The notes beneath the pieces are model-generated. The model ran no database searches. It was not told where the DNA came from and worked only from the letters and a program-made list of their open reading frames with translations. DNA of 64,000 nucleotides, taken from a virus. Positions 9,565-19,773 of this stretch are shown in pieces. Position numbers and translations under genes: made by a program. The stretch is taken from the IMG/VR virus record IMGVR_UViG_3300025133_000063, positions 1-64,000 of that record. One strand, 5' to 3'. Position 1 is the first letter of the stretch, and every line of letters starts with the position of its first letter.

Positions 9565-10995
9565 ATGGAAAAGGAAGATAAATTGTCACAGGCAACAGCT
9601 CAAGTATATCAGTTCGACGAGTCCGCAACACAGCACTTCAGACAATACGGAAAATCGTTTCAAGAGAAGATATTTCAGTGTCTTCTTCATGATAATCCTT
9701 GGGCATCCCAGATGTCAGAAGTCATGGAGCCTGATTATTTTGAGCTTCGCTATCTAGCGTATTTAACTGACAGATATTTCGCATACTTTCAAAAATACAA
9801 GACATGGCCAACATTACAGCTCTTGATAACAATAATCAAAGATGATCTTTCATCTGGAACGGATGTTCTATTACGTGATCAGATTATTGAGTATCTTGTA
9901 AGAGTAAAAAGTAACCCTAATGTAGGAGATCTTCAGTTTGTAAAAGACAAGACACTGGATTTCTGCCGTCGACAAGCATTTAAAGAGGCACTAGAAGAGG
10001 CAGTGACAATGGTTTCTGACGATAACTTCGATAGTGTTGTAGGACTTATGAAAAATGCAGTATCAGTCGGCATCCCAGTTTCAACTGGTCACGATTTTTT
10101 CGAAGACATAGAGGCAAGATTCGTTAAGATAGACAGACAAGTGTGTCCAACAGGTATTAAACAAATAGATGCTAAAGATATTTTAAATGGTGGGTTAGGA
10201 AGAGGAGAGCTCGCATGTATTGTTGCAAATACAGGCGTCGGAAAAAGTCACTTTTTAGTCGAGATGGGCGCGGCTGCATTGAAACTAGGAAAAAATGTAA
10301 TACATTACACGTTTGAACTTACAGAGACCGCTGTTGGTCTGAGATATGATTCTAATTTGTGTGGAATTCCGAGCAATGAAGTACAAGACAACAAAGAAAT
10401 AGTAATGAAGCGTTATTCAGATAAAGATTTGGGGAGACTAATAATAAAAGAATACCCAACAGGTTCTTGTACGATAAATATGATGAGAAATCATATTGAA
10501 AAGCTATCTCTAAAAGACTTCAAACCAAGTTTAATTGTTGTAGATTATGCAGATATTATGAAAAGCTCTAAAGCGTATGACTCGTTGAGGCATGAACTAA
10601 AACTAGTCTACGAAGAATTAAGAAACCTTGCTATGGAACTGAATGTTCCAGTTTGGACGGCATCACAAAGCAACAAAGACGGATCAAATTCAAATGTAGT
10701 CGGGCTAGAAAATATGGGTGAAGCATATGCAAAAGCACAGATCTGTGACGTCGTTCTTACTATCTCACGCAAACCAGAAGAAAAAGAGAGCGGGCAGGCA
10801 AGATTATTTGTTGCCAAAAATAGAGCCGGTAGAGACGGTATGCTATTTCCAATCAATATAGACACAGCTTGTTCAAAATTTAAGGTACTAACTGATACTT
10901 CTATGACATTTGACGAAGTCAATAAAAACGACAATCAGAAGATGAAAGACCTCCTGAAACAAAAATGGCATGAAGTTAGCGGAAGCAAACAATAA
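9565..10995 (+). CDS. dnaB: Replicative helicase, DnaB/gp41 family
   Basis: Walker A 'ANTGVGKS', 'FEL', 'IVVDYAD', 'VWTASQSN', 'KNRAG'. Confidence 0.9.
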   Translation: MEKEDKLSQATAQVYQFDESATQHFRQYGKSFQEKIFQCLLHDNPWASQMSEVMEPDYFELRYLAYLTDRYFAYFQKYKTWPTLQLLITIIKDDLSSGTDVLLRDQIIEYLVRVKSNPNVGDLQFVKDKTLDFCRRQAFKEALEEAVTMVSDDNFDSVVGLMKNAVSVGIPVSTGHDFFEDIEARFVKIDRQVCPTGIKQIDAKDILNGGLGRGELACIVANTGVGKSHFLVEMGAAALKLGKNVIHYTFELTETAVGLRYDSNLCGIPSNEVQDNKEIVMKRYSDKDLGRLIIKEYPTGSCTINMMRNHIEKLSLKDFKPSLIVVDYADIMKSSKAYDSLRHELKLVYEELRNLAMELNVPVWTASQSNKDGSNSNVVGLENMGEAYAKAQICDVVLTISRKPEEKESGQARLFVAKNRAGRDGMLFPINIDTACSKFKVLTDTSMTFDEVNKNDNQKMKDLLKQKWHEVSGSKQ

Positions 10996-11055
10996 AATCA
11001 TTAATCAAATACAAAAAACAAGATAATATAAAATAACACTATACAAAGGTAGCAC

Positions 11056-13521
11056 ATGAAAAAAGCCATCACAATAGAAAGTGCAATTGAAAAATCAAAA
11101 CAATATTTCAAAGGCGACGAATTAGCCGCATCAGTTTTTCCTACAAAATACGCTCTTACAGACAAAGAAGGAAACCTCCACGAGGAAACGCCTGATGATA
11201 TGCACCGAAGAATGGCTAAGGAATTTGCAAGAATTGAGGCAAATTATAAAAACCCGTTAACAGAAACAGAAATTTATAATCTATTCTCATCATGGGAGGT
11301 AGTACCACAAGGCTCACCGATGTCAGGAGTTGGAAACCCATTTCAGGTTCAATCACTTTCTAATTGTTTTGTAATTGATAGTCCAGAAGATAGCTACGCT
11401 GGTATTCTACATACCGATCAACAACAGGTTCAAATCATGAAACGCCGAGGAGGCGTAGGATTTGATATCTCTAATATTCGCCCAAAAGGTCTTGCTACAT
11501 CAAATGCAGCTCGCACAACTGATGGCCTTGGTATCTTTATGGAACGCTTCTCTAATTCTACAAGAGAGGTTGCCCAAGGCGGCCGCCGCGGTGCATTAAT
11601 GATCTCAATTGATATTCGCCATCCAGAAATTGAAACATTCATTAATATCAAGCGCGATCTTACAAAAGTAACAGGCGCAAACATTTCCATCAGATTAAAC
11701 GATGAGTTTATGAATGCCGTAAAGAATGATGAAGAATTTCATTTACAATGGCCCGTGGAATCTGATAATCCTACAGTAACAAAGGTAGTAAGAGCTACAG
11801 AAATATGGGATCAAATAATAGATTCAGCTCATCAAATGGCAGAGCCTGGAATATTCTTTTGGGATAATGTACTCGATAATTCTATTCCAGATTGCTATGC
11901 TGATCTTGGATTTAAAACAGTAAGTAGTAATCCTTGCGGTGAAATTGTACTCTCACCAAAAGACAGTTGTCGACTTATGGTTGTCAACCTTGCAAAGTTT
12001 ATTCAAAAACCTTTTACCCAACAAGCTCGCTTTAATTGGCAAAAATTCTCAGATATAGTGCAAAAAGCCCAAAGATTAATGGACGATCTTATTGATCTAG
12101 AAGTTGAACAGGTAGATAAAATAATAAACAAAATACAAAGTGATCCAGAATCACAAAGTGTTAAAAGAATCGAGCTTGTTTTGTGGGAGGGAATTAAAGA
12201 GCAAGCGCTAAAAGGTAGAAGGACTGGCCTGGGTGTAACAGCAGTCGGCGATGCACTTGCAATGCTTAATCAGCAATATGGGTCAGATAAATCAATAAAA
12301 ACAATTGAAAAAATCTACAAACATCTTGGAATTAACTCACATATTTCATCATGTATAATGGCTGCTGAGAGAGGTCCCTTCCCTGTATTTTCACATGTAA
12401 GGGAGGCTGGTAACCAACACCTTGAAAAAATAATATCAGCAAGTGACGAATTGGCACACCTATATTCAAAGCATGGTCGTAGAAATATTGCACTTACAAC
12501 AACAGCACCAGCCGGATCGGTTTCAACCCTTACTCAAACAACTTCAGGTATCGAGCCTGCATTTATGCTCAAATATACTCGCCGCCGCAAAATTACTCAC
12601 AATGAAAATGTTGAAGCAAATTTTATAGATGCCATGGGCGATAAATGGGTAGAGTATGATGTATATCACCATGGTCTTAAGAAATGGATGGAAGTAACAG
12701 GAAACAACAATATAGAAGAATCTCCATATTGGGGATCAACTGCAAATGATCTTGACTGGAAACAAAGAGTAAAAATACAAGCAGTTGCCCAGAAATGGAT
12801 CGATCATAGTATTTCATCGACCTGTAATTTACCAGAAGATGCAACACCGGAAGACGTTAGAGAAATATATGAGGCCGCATGGAAATCAGGATGTAAAGGG
12901 TTTACTGTGTATAGGGAAGGCTCAAGATCAGGTGTATTGATTAATAAGTCAAAACAAAAAGAAAAACACCAATTTCAGACACATAGTGCACCAAAGCGCC
13001 CAGATATTCTTGAATGCGATATTCAACATGCATCAATCCAGGGTGAACAGTGGACAATATTGGTTGGTCTATTTGATGATAAGCCATATGAACTTCTTGG
13101 CGGCCTATCGGAATTTGTGACAATACCCTCAAAATATAAAAAAGGTAAAATTGTAAAACACCCTCGTAAAACAATGAATAGTATTTATGATCTTCATTTT
13201 GGCGAAAATGGTAATGAGGTAATAATCAAAAATATTGTAAGGGTGTTCAACAATCCAAACTACGCATCGTTTACCCGAGTCATCTCGCTTGGCCTTCGTC
13301 ATGGAACACCTGTAAACTATATGGTTGAACAATTACAAAAGGACAGAGAGGCTGACATGTTTTCATTTTCAAAGGTCATTGCTCGAGCCCTTAAAAAATA
13401 TATACAAAATGGAACAAAATCATCTGATAAAAAGTGTGGTAACTGCAGCGCTGTCGATACACTAATGTTTCAAGAAGGGTGTGTTACATGTAGCGCGTGT
13501 GCTGCATCTAAATGTTCATAA
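11056..13521 (+). CDS. nrdJ: Adenosylcobalamin-dependent (class II) ribonucleotide reductase
   Basis: 'SLSNCFV', 'GGVG', 'SSNPCGE', 'APAGS', 'TSGIEP', 'KGFTVYREGSR' and a C-terminal Cys4 cluster. No nrdB is adjacent. Confidence 0.88.
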   Translation: MKKAITIESAIEKSKQYFKGDELAASVFPTKYALTDKEGNLHEETPDDMHRRMAKEFARIEANYKNPLTETEIYNLFSSWEVVPQGSPMSGVGNPFQVQSLSNCFVIDSPEDSYAGILHTDQQQVQIMKRRGGVGFDISNIRPKGLATSNAARTTDGLGIFMERFSNSTREVAQGGRRGALMISIDIRHPEIETFINIKRDLTKVTGANISIRLNDEFMNAVKNDEEFHLQWPVESDNPTVTKVVRATEIWDQIIDSAHQMAEPGIFFWDNVLDNSIPDCYADLGFKTVSSNPCGEIVLSPKDSCRLMVVNLAKFIQKPFTQQARFNWQKFSDIVQKAQRLMDDLIDLEVEQVDKIINKIQSDPESQSVKRIELVLWEGIKEQALKGRRTGLGVTAVGDALAMLNQQYGSDKSIKTIEKIYKHLGINSHISSCIMAAERGPFPVFSHVREAGNQHLEKIISASDELAHLYSKHGRRNIALTTTAPAGSVSTLTQTTSGIEPAFMLKYTRRRKITHNENVEANFIDAMGDKWVEYDVYHHGLKKWMEVTGNNNIEESPYWGSTANDLDWKQRVKIQAVAQKWIDHSISSTCNLPEDATPEDVREIYEAAWKSGCKGFTVYREGSRSGVLINKSKQKEKHQFQTHSAPKRPDILECDIQHASIQGEQWTILVGLFDDKPYELLGGLSEFVTIPSKYKKGKIVKHPRKTMNSIYDLHFGENGNEVIIKNIVRVFNNPNYASFTRVISLGLRHGTPVNYMVEQLQKDREADMFSFSKVIARALKKYIQNGTKSSDKKCGNCSAVDTLMFQEGCVTCSACAASKCS

Positions 13522-13564
13522 AATATTTGAAAAGATACTTAAATAACAAGAGGTTTATTAGTAA

Positions 13565-14167
13565 ATGAAGTGGACGACAACAATATCGCCTTTAATCAAA
13601 GAGATAGAATTACGAAAATCTCCAATTATAATTCGGGTGAATAGTTTTGATGAAAAATCAGCAAAAGAATTTCAAGAACAAGTCGCTCTAGCTCATAATA
13701 CAGGTCAAAAAGTAATTCCTGTCGTAATTGATTCATATGGTGGCCAGGTGTATTCTTTAATGACAATGATTTCAGCCATAAAACATTCAGAATTACCAGT
13801 CGCAACAATAGTAGAAGGTAAAGCAATGTCTTGTGGCGCCGTCTTACTTACGTTTGGCGAAGAAGGAATGAGATTTGCAGATCCTGATGCGACCATAATG
13901 ATCCATGACGTTAGTTCTGGTGGATATGGTAAAATTGAAGAGCTTAAGGCTGATGTTAAAGAAGCAGATCGTTTAGACGAGAAAATATATGTTATGATGG
14001 CAAGAAACTGTGGTAAAAAAGACGATTATTTCAAAAAGAAAGTTTTTACAAAAAAGCATGCTGATTGGTTTATGGACTCAAAAGAGGCTAAGAAACATAA
14101 CATAGTTAATCATCTTCGAGTACCAAAAATTGGTATAAGTGTATCCGTAGATATAGATTTTGAGTAA
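13565..14167 (+). CDS. clpP: ClpP-like serine protease
   Basis: 'IDSYGG', 'GKAMSCG' (Ser), 'IMIHD' (His), 'DWFM..KEA'. Confidence 0.85.
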   Translation: MKWTTTISPLIKEIELRKSPIIIRVNSFDEKSAKEFQEQVALAHNTGQKVIPVVIDSYGGQVYSLMTMISAIKHSELPVATIVEGKAMSCGAVLLTFGEEGMRFADPDATIMIHDVSSGGYGKIEELKADVKEADRLDEKIYVMMARNCGKKDDYFKKKVFTKKHADWFMDSKEAKKHNIVNHLRVPKIGISVSVDIDFE

Positions 14168-14172
14168 TTTAA

Positions 14173-14967
14173 GTGCTTAATTTTTTTTGCTTATCGAATA
14201 AAATAGAAGATAATATTTATGCTGCAGCAATTACTTCTGCAATTGCTAAAAAAGGTTTTAAGTGTACTCTTTTTGTTCGTGAAATTCCATATTTTGCTGA
14301 AAGATATGACAATATTAAAATAACGGCAGATTTACCAAAGGCTTTGTTACGAACTCGAAGATCAATTCATGATGATGTAGTTTATGATCGATATGATGAA
14401 AATAAACAATACATAAATGTGTGGTTAAATCAACTTCATGGTTCATTTATTTACGAGTCTATTAATAAAACTTTGTTATCTATTACAAAACATATAATAA
14501 GTACGTTAGGTATTAGGAAACGAATAACGATAGGTAATATACTATCTTCATCTTCGTCAAAATATATTGACGTTAAAACAAAACATCAAGCAACAGGCTT
14601 AATAAAGGTTTGTATACCACCCCAGACAATTACTAAACTTGAAAACGAGATTTCTATTTCGCTATCACAAATTTTTAGTGGATGCTCTAGAACCACATTT
14701 TATATTTTTGACGATAATCAAAAGTACAGATCGGGTAATTGTAAATCATTTACAGAAATAAACACCCTTATTAGTGCTATGATAGAGTCCGATGTTATAA
14801 TACTTTCTTCACCAGCATTTATTTTGCCATATACTAATATTATTAAGAAGCAAAAATTATTGTTTTTATCAAATATAGATAAGAATAGTAAAATAAAAAA
14901 CAAGACTGTTTTTTTGCCCAATCCAACATCAAACGATGTTATTAGATATTTGAGAACGCTATACTAA
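14173..14967 (+). CDS. Hypothetical protein
   Basis: Very AT-rich 264-aa ORF filling the intergenic gap. No motif recognised. Confidence 0.5.
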   Translation: MLNFFCLSNKIEDNIYAAAITSAIAKKGFKCTLFVREIPYFAERYDNIKITADLPKALLRTRRSIHDDVVYDRYDENKQYINVWLNQLHGSFIYESINKTLLSITKHIISTLGIRKRITIGNILSSSSSKYIDVKTKHQATGLIKVCIPPQTITKLENEISISLSQIFSGCSRTTFYIFDDNQKYRSGNCKSFTEINTLISAMIESDVIILSSPAFILPYTNIIKKQKLLFLSNIDKNSKIKNKTVFLPNPTSNDVIRYLRTLY

Positions 14968-15005
14968 ATTTTACTCTTGTTATATTTAAAAACAAGGGTT
15001 AATAT

Positions 15006-15599
15006 ATGTTATATGCTATTTTATTTGCTGCGTTCCTCACCGGCTGTTGTCCATCTGCTGTAAAAAATGTTGACACAAACACAAGTGATAATTCTGGTTT
15101 AACACTAGAATTTGATAGCTGTTCTCAAAATATAGGTGATAATCCATGTGATTTCTCGCTTGTCAATCAGCACGGTACAACAATTAATTTGTATGATTTT
15201 TATGAAGAAATTATTATAGTTGATTTAAGCGTAATGTGGTGCGCGCCATGTCAACAAATGGCACAATCCGCGGACAGAATTGTTTTAGAGTATGGCGATG
15301 AGAATGTTGAATGGTTGACATTATTAATTGAAGATAATAGTGGTAATCCTCCAGATCAAGAAGATACAACATTATGGGCAACACAAAATAATATTACAGG
15401 TCATGTATTGGCAAGTGATAGAAGTATAATTGATAACACTCCCGAATTAATTACAGGTTATCCAGTTACCGGTTGGCCGACATTTGTTGTTATAGATGAT
15501 GAAATGGTTTTACGGTATGGTGTAACAGGGTGGAGTGAGGAAGTGCTTAAGCAAATGCTTGATGTACTTGTGTTGGAGAAACAAAGTAGAGATGGATAA
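15006..15599 (+). CDS. TlpA/redoxin-like thioredoxin, probable lipoprotein
   Basis: WCAPC active site, 'GWPT' cis-Pro loop, and a hydrophobic N-terminus with lipobox-like 'LTGC'. Confidence 0.8.
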   Translation: MLYAILFAAFLTGCCPSAVKNVDTNTSDNSGLTLEFDSCSQNIGDNPCDFSLVNQHGTTINLYDFYEEIIIVDLSVMWCAPCQQMAQSADRIVLEYGDENVEWLTLLIEDNSGNPPDQEDTTLWATQNNITGHVLASDRSIIDNTPELITGYPVTGWPTFVVIDDEMVLRYGVTGWSEEVLKQMLDVLVLEKQSRDG

Positions 15600-16494
15600 A
15601 GTATTTTATAATAAGGCATCCGCTGATTCTCTCGGCTGGACACCTCAGTGGTTTAATTCTAGCCATCATGATGATCTACTCGTTTCAGCAATTAAAAAAT
15701 GGCAAAAGAAAAATGGATTAAAAGATGATGGTCTTTGTGGACCGACAACATATAGAAGAATATGGACTGAACGTGAGGCGGATATTGGAAATTTTATTAA
15801 TAAGTGTCCACCAGAAAAAGAGCAGTCATTTATTATCTGTAATTCGAAGCCTATTGTTATTAATTGGCCAAGAGTTGTTTTGTGGGATGAGCCAAATGGT
15901 CTTAAGGCTAAGGCGAACACACATTATAACAATGCCGGGAAAGAACCTCGTGATGTAAGCATGTTTGTAAATCATTGGGACGTATGTTTAAGCTCCGAAT
16001 CTTGTGCAAAAGTGTTAAACAATAAAGGAATATCGGTTCATTTTTGTATTGATAATGATGGAACAATATATCAGATGCTTGATACTCAACACGGTGCATG
16101 GCATGCCGGTGTATCCAAGGTAAATAAAAAATCAGTTGGTGTTGAAATTTCAAATGCCTATTATACCAAATATCAGGATTGGTATGTTAAAAATGGTTTT
16201 GGTGAAAGACCATTAATCGAAGATGCCAAAGTTAACGGTAGAACACTTAAGCCATTTTTAGGTTTTTATGATATTCAACTTCAAGCGTTAAAAGAATTAT
16301 GGCGTGCATGTGCATTAGCTTATGATATTCCACTATCTACACTTGAATCATCATCAACTAATTTTAAAACTTCTACTACAACAGAGTCAAAAGCAAAAGA
16401 TGGTTCATTTAGTGGATTTGTTAGTCATTATCACGTTAGTAAAAGGAAAATTGATTGTGCTGGTTTAGATATTGCAAAATTACTTAATGAATAA
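15592..16494 (+). CDS. N-acetylmuramoyl-L-alanine amidase with PG-binding domain (endolysin)
   Basis: 'AIKKWQKKNGLKDDGLCGPTT' (PG_binding_1-like), 'VNHWD', 'SVHF.ID.DG', 'AWHAG', 'SVGVE', 'SHYH...KIDC'. Start re-assigned to ATG 15592. Confidence 0.88.
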   Translation: MDKVFYNKASADSLGWTPQWFNSSHHDDLLVSAIKKWQKKNGLKDDGLCGPTTYRRIWTEREADIGNFINKCPPEKEQSFIICNSKPIVINWPRVVLWDEPNGLKAKANTHYNNAGKEPRDVSMFVNHWDVCLSSESCAKVLNNKGISVHFCIDNDGTIYQMLDTQHGAWHAGVSKVNKKSVGVEISNAYYTKYQDWYVKNGFGERPLIEDAKVNGRTLKPFLGFYDIQLQALKELWRACALAYDIPLSTLESSSTNFKTSTTTESKAKDGSFSGFVSHYHVSKRKIDCAGLDIAKLLNE

Positions 16495-16544
16495 AAGCAT
16501 AAAAATGTAATATTTAGAAGTGTTACGTTTATGTCGAGGTCTTT

Positions 16545-17084
16545 ATGAGTGTACGCCTTCAGCGCCTTCGGGCACTTACGGATGAATTAGTCGTTCGTGA
16601 TCAAAAAAAGCTTAAACAGCTTGATTTATATCATGCGTTTTTTGATAACATTCCTGTAAATACGCTTACGTGGTCTATTGATTCAGAGTGTAATGTTACC
16701 ATAAAAAGTAAATCAACCTCAAGTGAATTAGGTGGTATTTTACCAAATGGAACAATTTATGATATGTATGCATGTGATAAAACAAACGAAACAAATGTTT
16801 ATTATCATAAAAAAGCCCTTACCGGTAATAAGCAGACGTATTTAGTGCAAGAGTGTAATGCTACATTTCTTACAACACTTGTTCCTGTTGAAAGTCAAGT
16901 AGAAAATAATATTGTTCATGGTTGTTTGTGGGATGTTACAAATTTAGTAAAACTTATTGAATCATATAAATTAGTTGAGTCAAATGTACCAGAACACAAT
17001 AAACAATTATTAGAACCGTTAAAGCAAGCTTTTAGGGAAAACAAACTTTTACAACTTGTAAAGGAAATGTTAAATGGGCGATAA
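16545..17084 (+). CDS. Hypothetical protein, possibly a degenerate PAS-like fold
   Basis: ORF with RBS and ATATTTA upstream. 'FFDNIP...WSID' and '..GCLWDVT' resemble PAS/PAC boundaries. Confidence 0.45.
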   Translation: MSVRLQRLRALTDELVVRDQKKLKQLDLYHAFFDNIPVNTLTWSIDSECNVTIKSKSTSSELGGILPNGTIYDMYACDKTNETNVYYHKKALTGNKQTYLVQECNATFLTTLVPVESQVENNIVHGCLWDVTNLVKLIESYKLVESNVPEHNKQLLEPLKQAFRENKLLQLVKEMLNGR

Positions 17085-17406
17085 CGGTTCACAAAATGGT
17101 TGGAATGAATATTCGAGGCTTGTCCTTAAAGAGCTTGAAACCCTTTCTGCGTCAATCGATGATCTCCGAGAAGATCTTCAAGGTGTTAAGCAAGAAATTA
17201 CGAAAATTCAAGTAAAAGAAGATAATATTAACCAAGTTAGAGAATGGAAAGCAAAAATTGACGAAATTTCGTCACCAACTCAATTAAAAGAATATTTACT
17301 AAAGGTAGATGAGCTTATACAATTTAAGACAAAGTCGGTGACCGTATTTATGGTTGTACAATTTATAATGGCTCTGGCAGTTACATTGACAAAGGTGTTT
17401 TCATAA
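17074..17406 (+). CDS. Coiled-coil protein with C-terminal TM helix (holin-like?)
   Basis: Heptad coiled coil followed by hydrophobic 'VTVFMVVQFIMALAVTL'. Lies near the endolysin. Confidence 0.45.
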   Translation: MGDNGSQNGWNEYSRLVLKELETLSASIDDLREDLQGVKQEITKIQVKEDNINQVREWKAKIDEISSPTQLKEYLLKVDELIQFKTKSVTVFMVVQFIMALAVTLTKVFS

Positions 17407-17738
17407 TGTTAAGTAAAAGATATGTTCGTAATTTAATACATTCGGCAATAATAAAAGAAAATATGCATATGACTATTGATGGTGATGTGGTTCCACATGA
17501 TTGTGAAGATTGTATTAACGATTTGGATTTTAGAATTAATGATATGGTGTCAAGTAGAAACAAATGCCCTTCTGGCTCTGCGGCCCGGGCCCATTATAGT
17601 GGCGTTTTAAATGATTTGCGTAAAAAGCGCAGGCGCGCTATCAAGCACAATGTTGCCAAAGCCCCAGTAGATAATCATAATGATGATAATGATGATTTAT
17701 TAAAAACTTTTGTTGAACATATTTTAAGCGTAAAATAA
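17406..17738 (+). CDS. Hypothetical protein with leader-like N-terminus
   Basis: 'MLSKRYVRNLIHSAIIKE' and a CxxC motif. Overlaps the upstream gene (TAATG). Confidence 0.6.
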   Translation: MLSKRYVRNLIHSAIIKENMHMTIDGDVVPHDCEDCINDLDFRINDMVSSRNKCPSGSAARAHYSGVLNDLRKKRRRAIKHNVAKAPVDNHNDDNDDLLKTFVEHILSVK

Positions 17739-17766
17739 ACTTATCATAATTGAGAGTTTAGACATT

Positions 17767-18552
17767 ATACTTGAAGGTCCACAATATCGACATATAGCGC
17801 ATAAACTAGCTAAAATTGTCTCTGGTAAAACGCTTGTATCAATTGATATACTGTCAGGTCGTTATAAAAAAAATGAATTAAGCGGACTGAAGAGGTTACG
17901 ATCGGATTTACCGTTAACTATAGCCGGTGCCGGCGTTCATGGTAGATTTATATACATAATATGTGATAATGAATTTGTGATTTGGAATACACTTGGTACA
18001 GCAGGTACATGGGTTACAGAAAAAACAGATACCTCGCGTTGTAAATTTACGTTTTCAGACAATTCAAGTTTATTTTTTACAGATTCAAGAAATTTTGGCA
18101 CATTAAAAATTGTTACTGGGCGCCATCAGACAATTGAAAAATTACAATCTTTAGGTATGGATTTACTTGCTAATGATCCAGGTGCTGGTTTGTTTTTAAC
18201 ACGTATTAGAAAGAAAAATTCTAGCAATATCTGTAAAGTACTAACAGATCAAAAAATAATTGCCGGAATTGGAAATTGTATAAAATCAGAAGTGTTGTGG
18301 CATGCAAAAATATATCCTTTTGCGATGGTTTCTGATTTATCTGATGCAGATATTGCTGAACTTTATAAAAGTATACGCGAAATCATGCATATAGGTTTTG
18401 AAACTAAAAATCAAAAAAATGATTACTTAGACAGTCTTTTTGTTTATAATAAGCAAGTGGATAAAACAGGAAATAATGTTATAAAAGGTATGACGCCTGA
18501 CAACAAAAACACCTATTGGGTTGAAAAGAAACAAATTCGAGGAAAAAAATGA
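17767..18552 (+). pseudogene. Degenerate Fpg/Nei DNA glycosylase
   Basis: The frame is open from 17767: ATA CTT GAA GGT CCA (I-L-E-G-P) stands where MPEGP is expected. 'F.D.RNFG' and 'DQKIIAGIGN' (H2TH) are retained. It may be an expressed but inactive CDS. Confidence 0.65.
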
Positions 18553-18749
18553 AACTAGACGATTCGGCTATTGCACAGATTGCCAAAAGCTTGCAGGTTG
18601 CAATGTTAACAGGAACAGATATTGTTGATAACTTACGGCAACTTGAGTTTATTTGTGAAGATAACACTTTACATGTAGATCCAGATTATGCTACCCGCTT
18701 TGAAGAAAATGTTGAAAAAATGTTGAGTGAAGTAAATCAAACCGTTTAA
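18549..18749 (+). CDS. Small hypothetical protein
   Basis: 66-aa ORF with ATGA overlap and a GAGG RBS. Confidence 0.65.
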   Translation: MKLDDSAIAQIAKSLQVAMLTGTDIVDNLRQLEFICEDNTLHVDPDYATRFEENVEKMLSEVNQTV

Positions 18750-18776
18750 TATCTTCATATTTAGATGAGGGGTTAA

Positions 18777-19580
18777 ATGACACCAAGAAGCGCGCGATCA
18801 AAAAGTATTGGTGTTGCGACCCTAAAGGCACTGGGTACGCAATATTCGATGTTTGATAATATGTTTGAGCAGGTAATGGTGCTTCACGTTGAATTTGAAC
18901 TTGAATTGATGGAGGTATTACAACTTGTAAGTACTAAAAGTCAAGAGTCTAAAAATTCAAATGCATCAACTGAAACAACTTTACAATCAGATATTAATAG
19001 TGATTCTAATTCTAAATCACAGGTTAATGGTTCTATCGATGAAGATTCTATAAGTAACGATCTATCTTTAGATGATCAACTTTCTACTAAAAATACCTGG
19101 ATGAGAAAATTGTTTAAACGTATAGCATTACAATGTCATCCTGATAAAGTGCTTACTAGCACTGACAACACTGAGATTAAACATCAAAAGCTTGTAATGT
19201 ACAATAAGGCCCGCAGGGCGCTTGATGATTCAAATGAGTCGTCAATGATTTCTATTGGCTTAAAATATGATGAAATACCTACAATTGGCATAAAAAAATC
19301 AAAAACTATTTTAGCCTCCGGGGTTAAAGAACTTGAAGTCGCAATAGCAACAAAACAAAAGAGCATTGCCTGGTTTTGGGGTATGTCAGAAGACGATTTT
19401 TCTACAAAGGCAAAATTGTTAATACAGGCTGTTGAACAGGTATATAATAAAAAAATAACCGATGATGAAGCGTTAAAAATTATTAAAACATTTTTTAATG
19501 TACATGAAAAAAAGAAACGGCGCAAGGTAGGTGAACACCCTGGGCCAAGATTAAGAGCATGCAAGAATAATGTTGATTGA
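18777..19580 (+). CDS. J-domain-containing protein
   Basis: 'KLFKRIALQCHPDKV' HPD motif. Confidence 0.7.
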   Translation: MTPRSARSKSIGVATLKALGTQYSMFDNMFEQVMVLHVEFELELMEVLQLVSTKSQESKNSNASTETTLQSDINSDSNSKSQVNGSIDEDSISNDLSLDDQLSTKNTWMRKLFKRIALQCHPDKVLTSTDNTEIKHQKLVMYNKARRALDDSNESSMISIGLKYDEIPTIGIKKSKTILASGVKELEVAIATKQKSIAWFWGMSEDDFSTKAKLLIQAVEQVYNKKITDDEALKIIKTFFNVHEKKKRRKVGEHPGPRLRACKNNVD

Positions 19581-19773
19581 ATTTATAGATGACTGCTATG
19601 TATATAAATACGACAAAAATCCTCAACGGCCCTTATTTTTAAAACCACTTAAAATTTCTTCTGGTAATGTTGGCTTAATTATTTCGGAAACATCTCATGA
19701 CGTTATGTTTTTGCTAGGCAATGTTTTATTATTTGTTAACAAGCAAGACTCATGTCATGCGTATGTAGCTTAA
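19570..19773 (+). CDS. Small hypothetical protein
   Basis: 67-aa ORF overlapping the upstream stop. Confidence 0.45.
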   Translation: MLIEFIDDCYVYKYDKNPQRPLFLKPLKISSGNVGLIISETSHDVMFLLGNVLLFVNKQDSCHAYVA

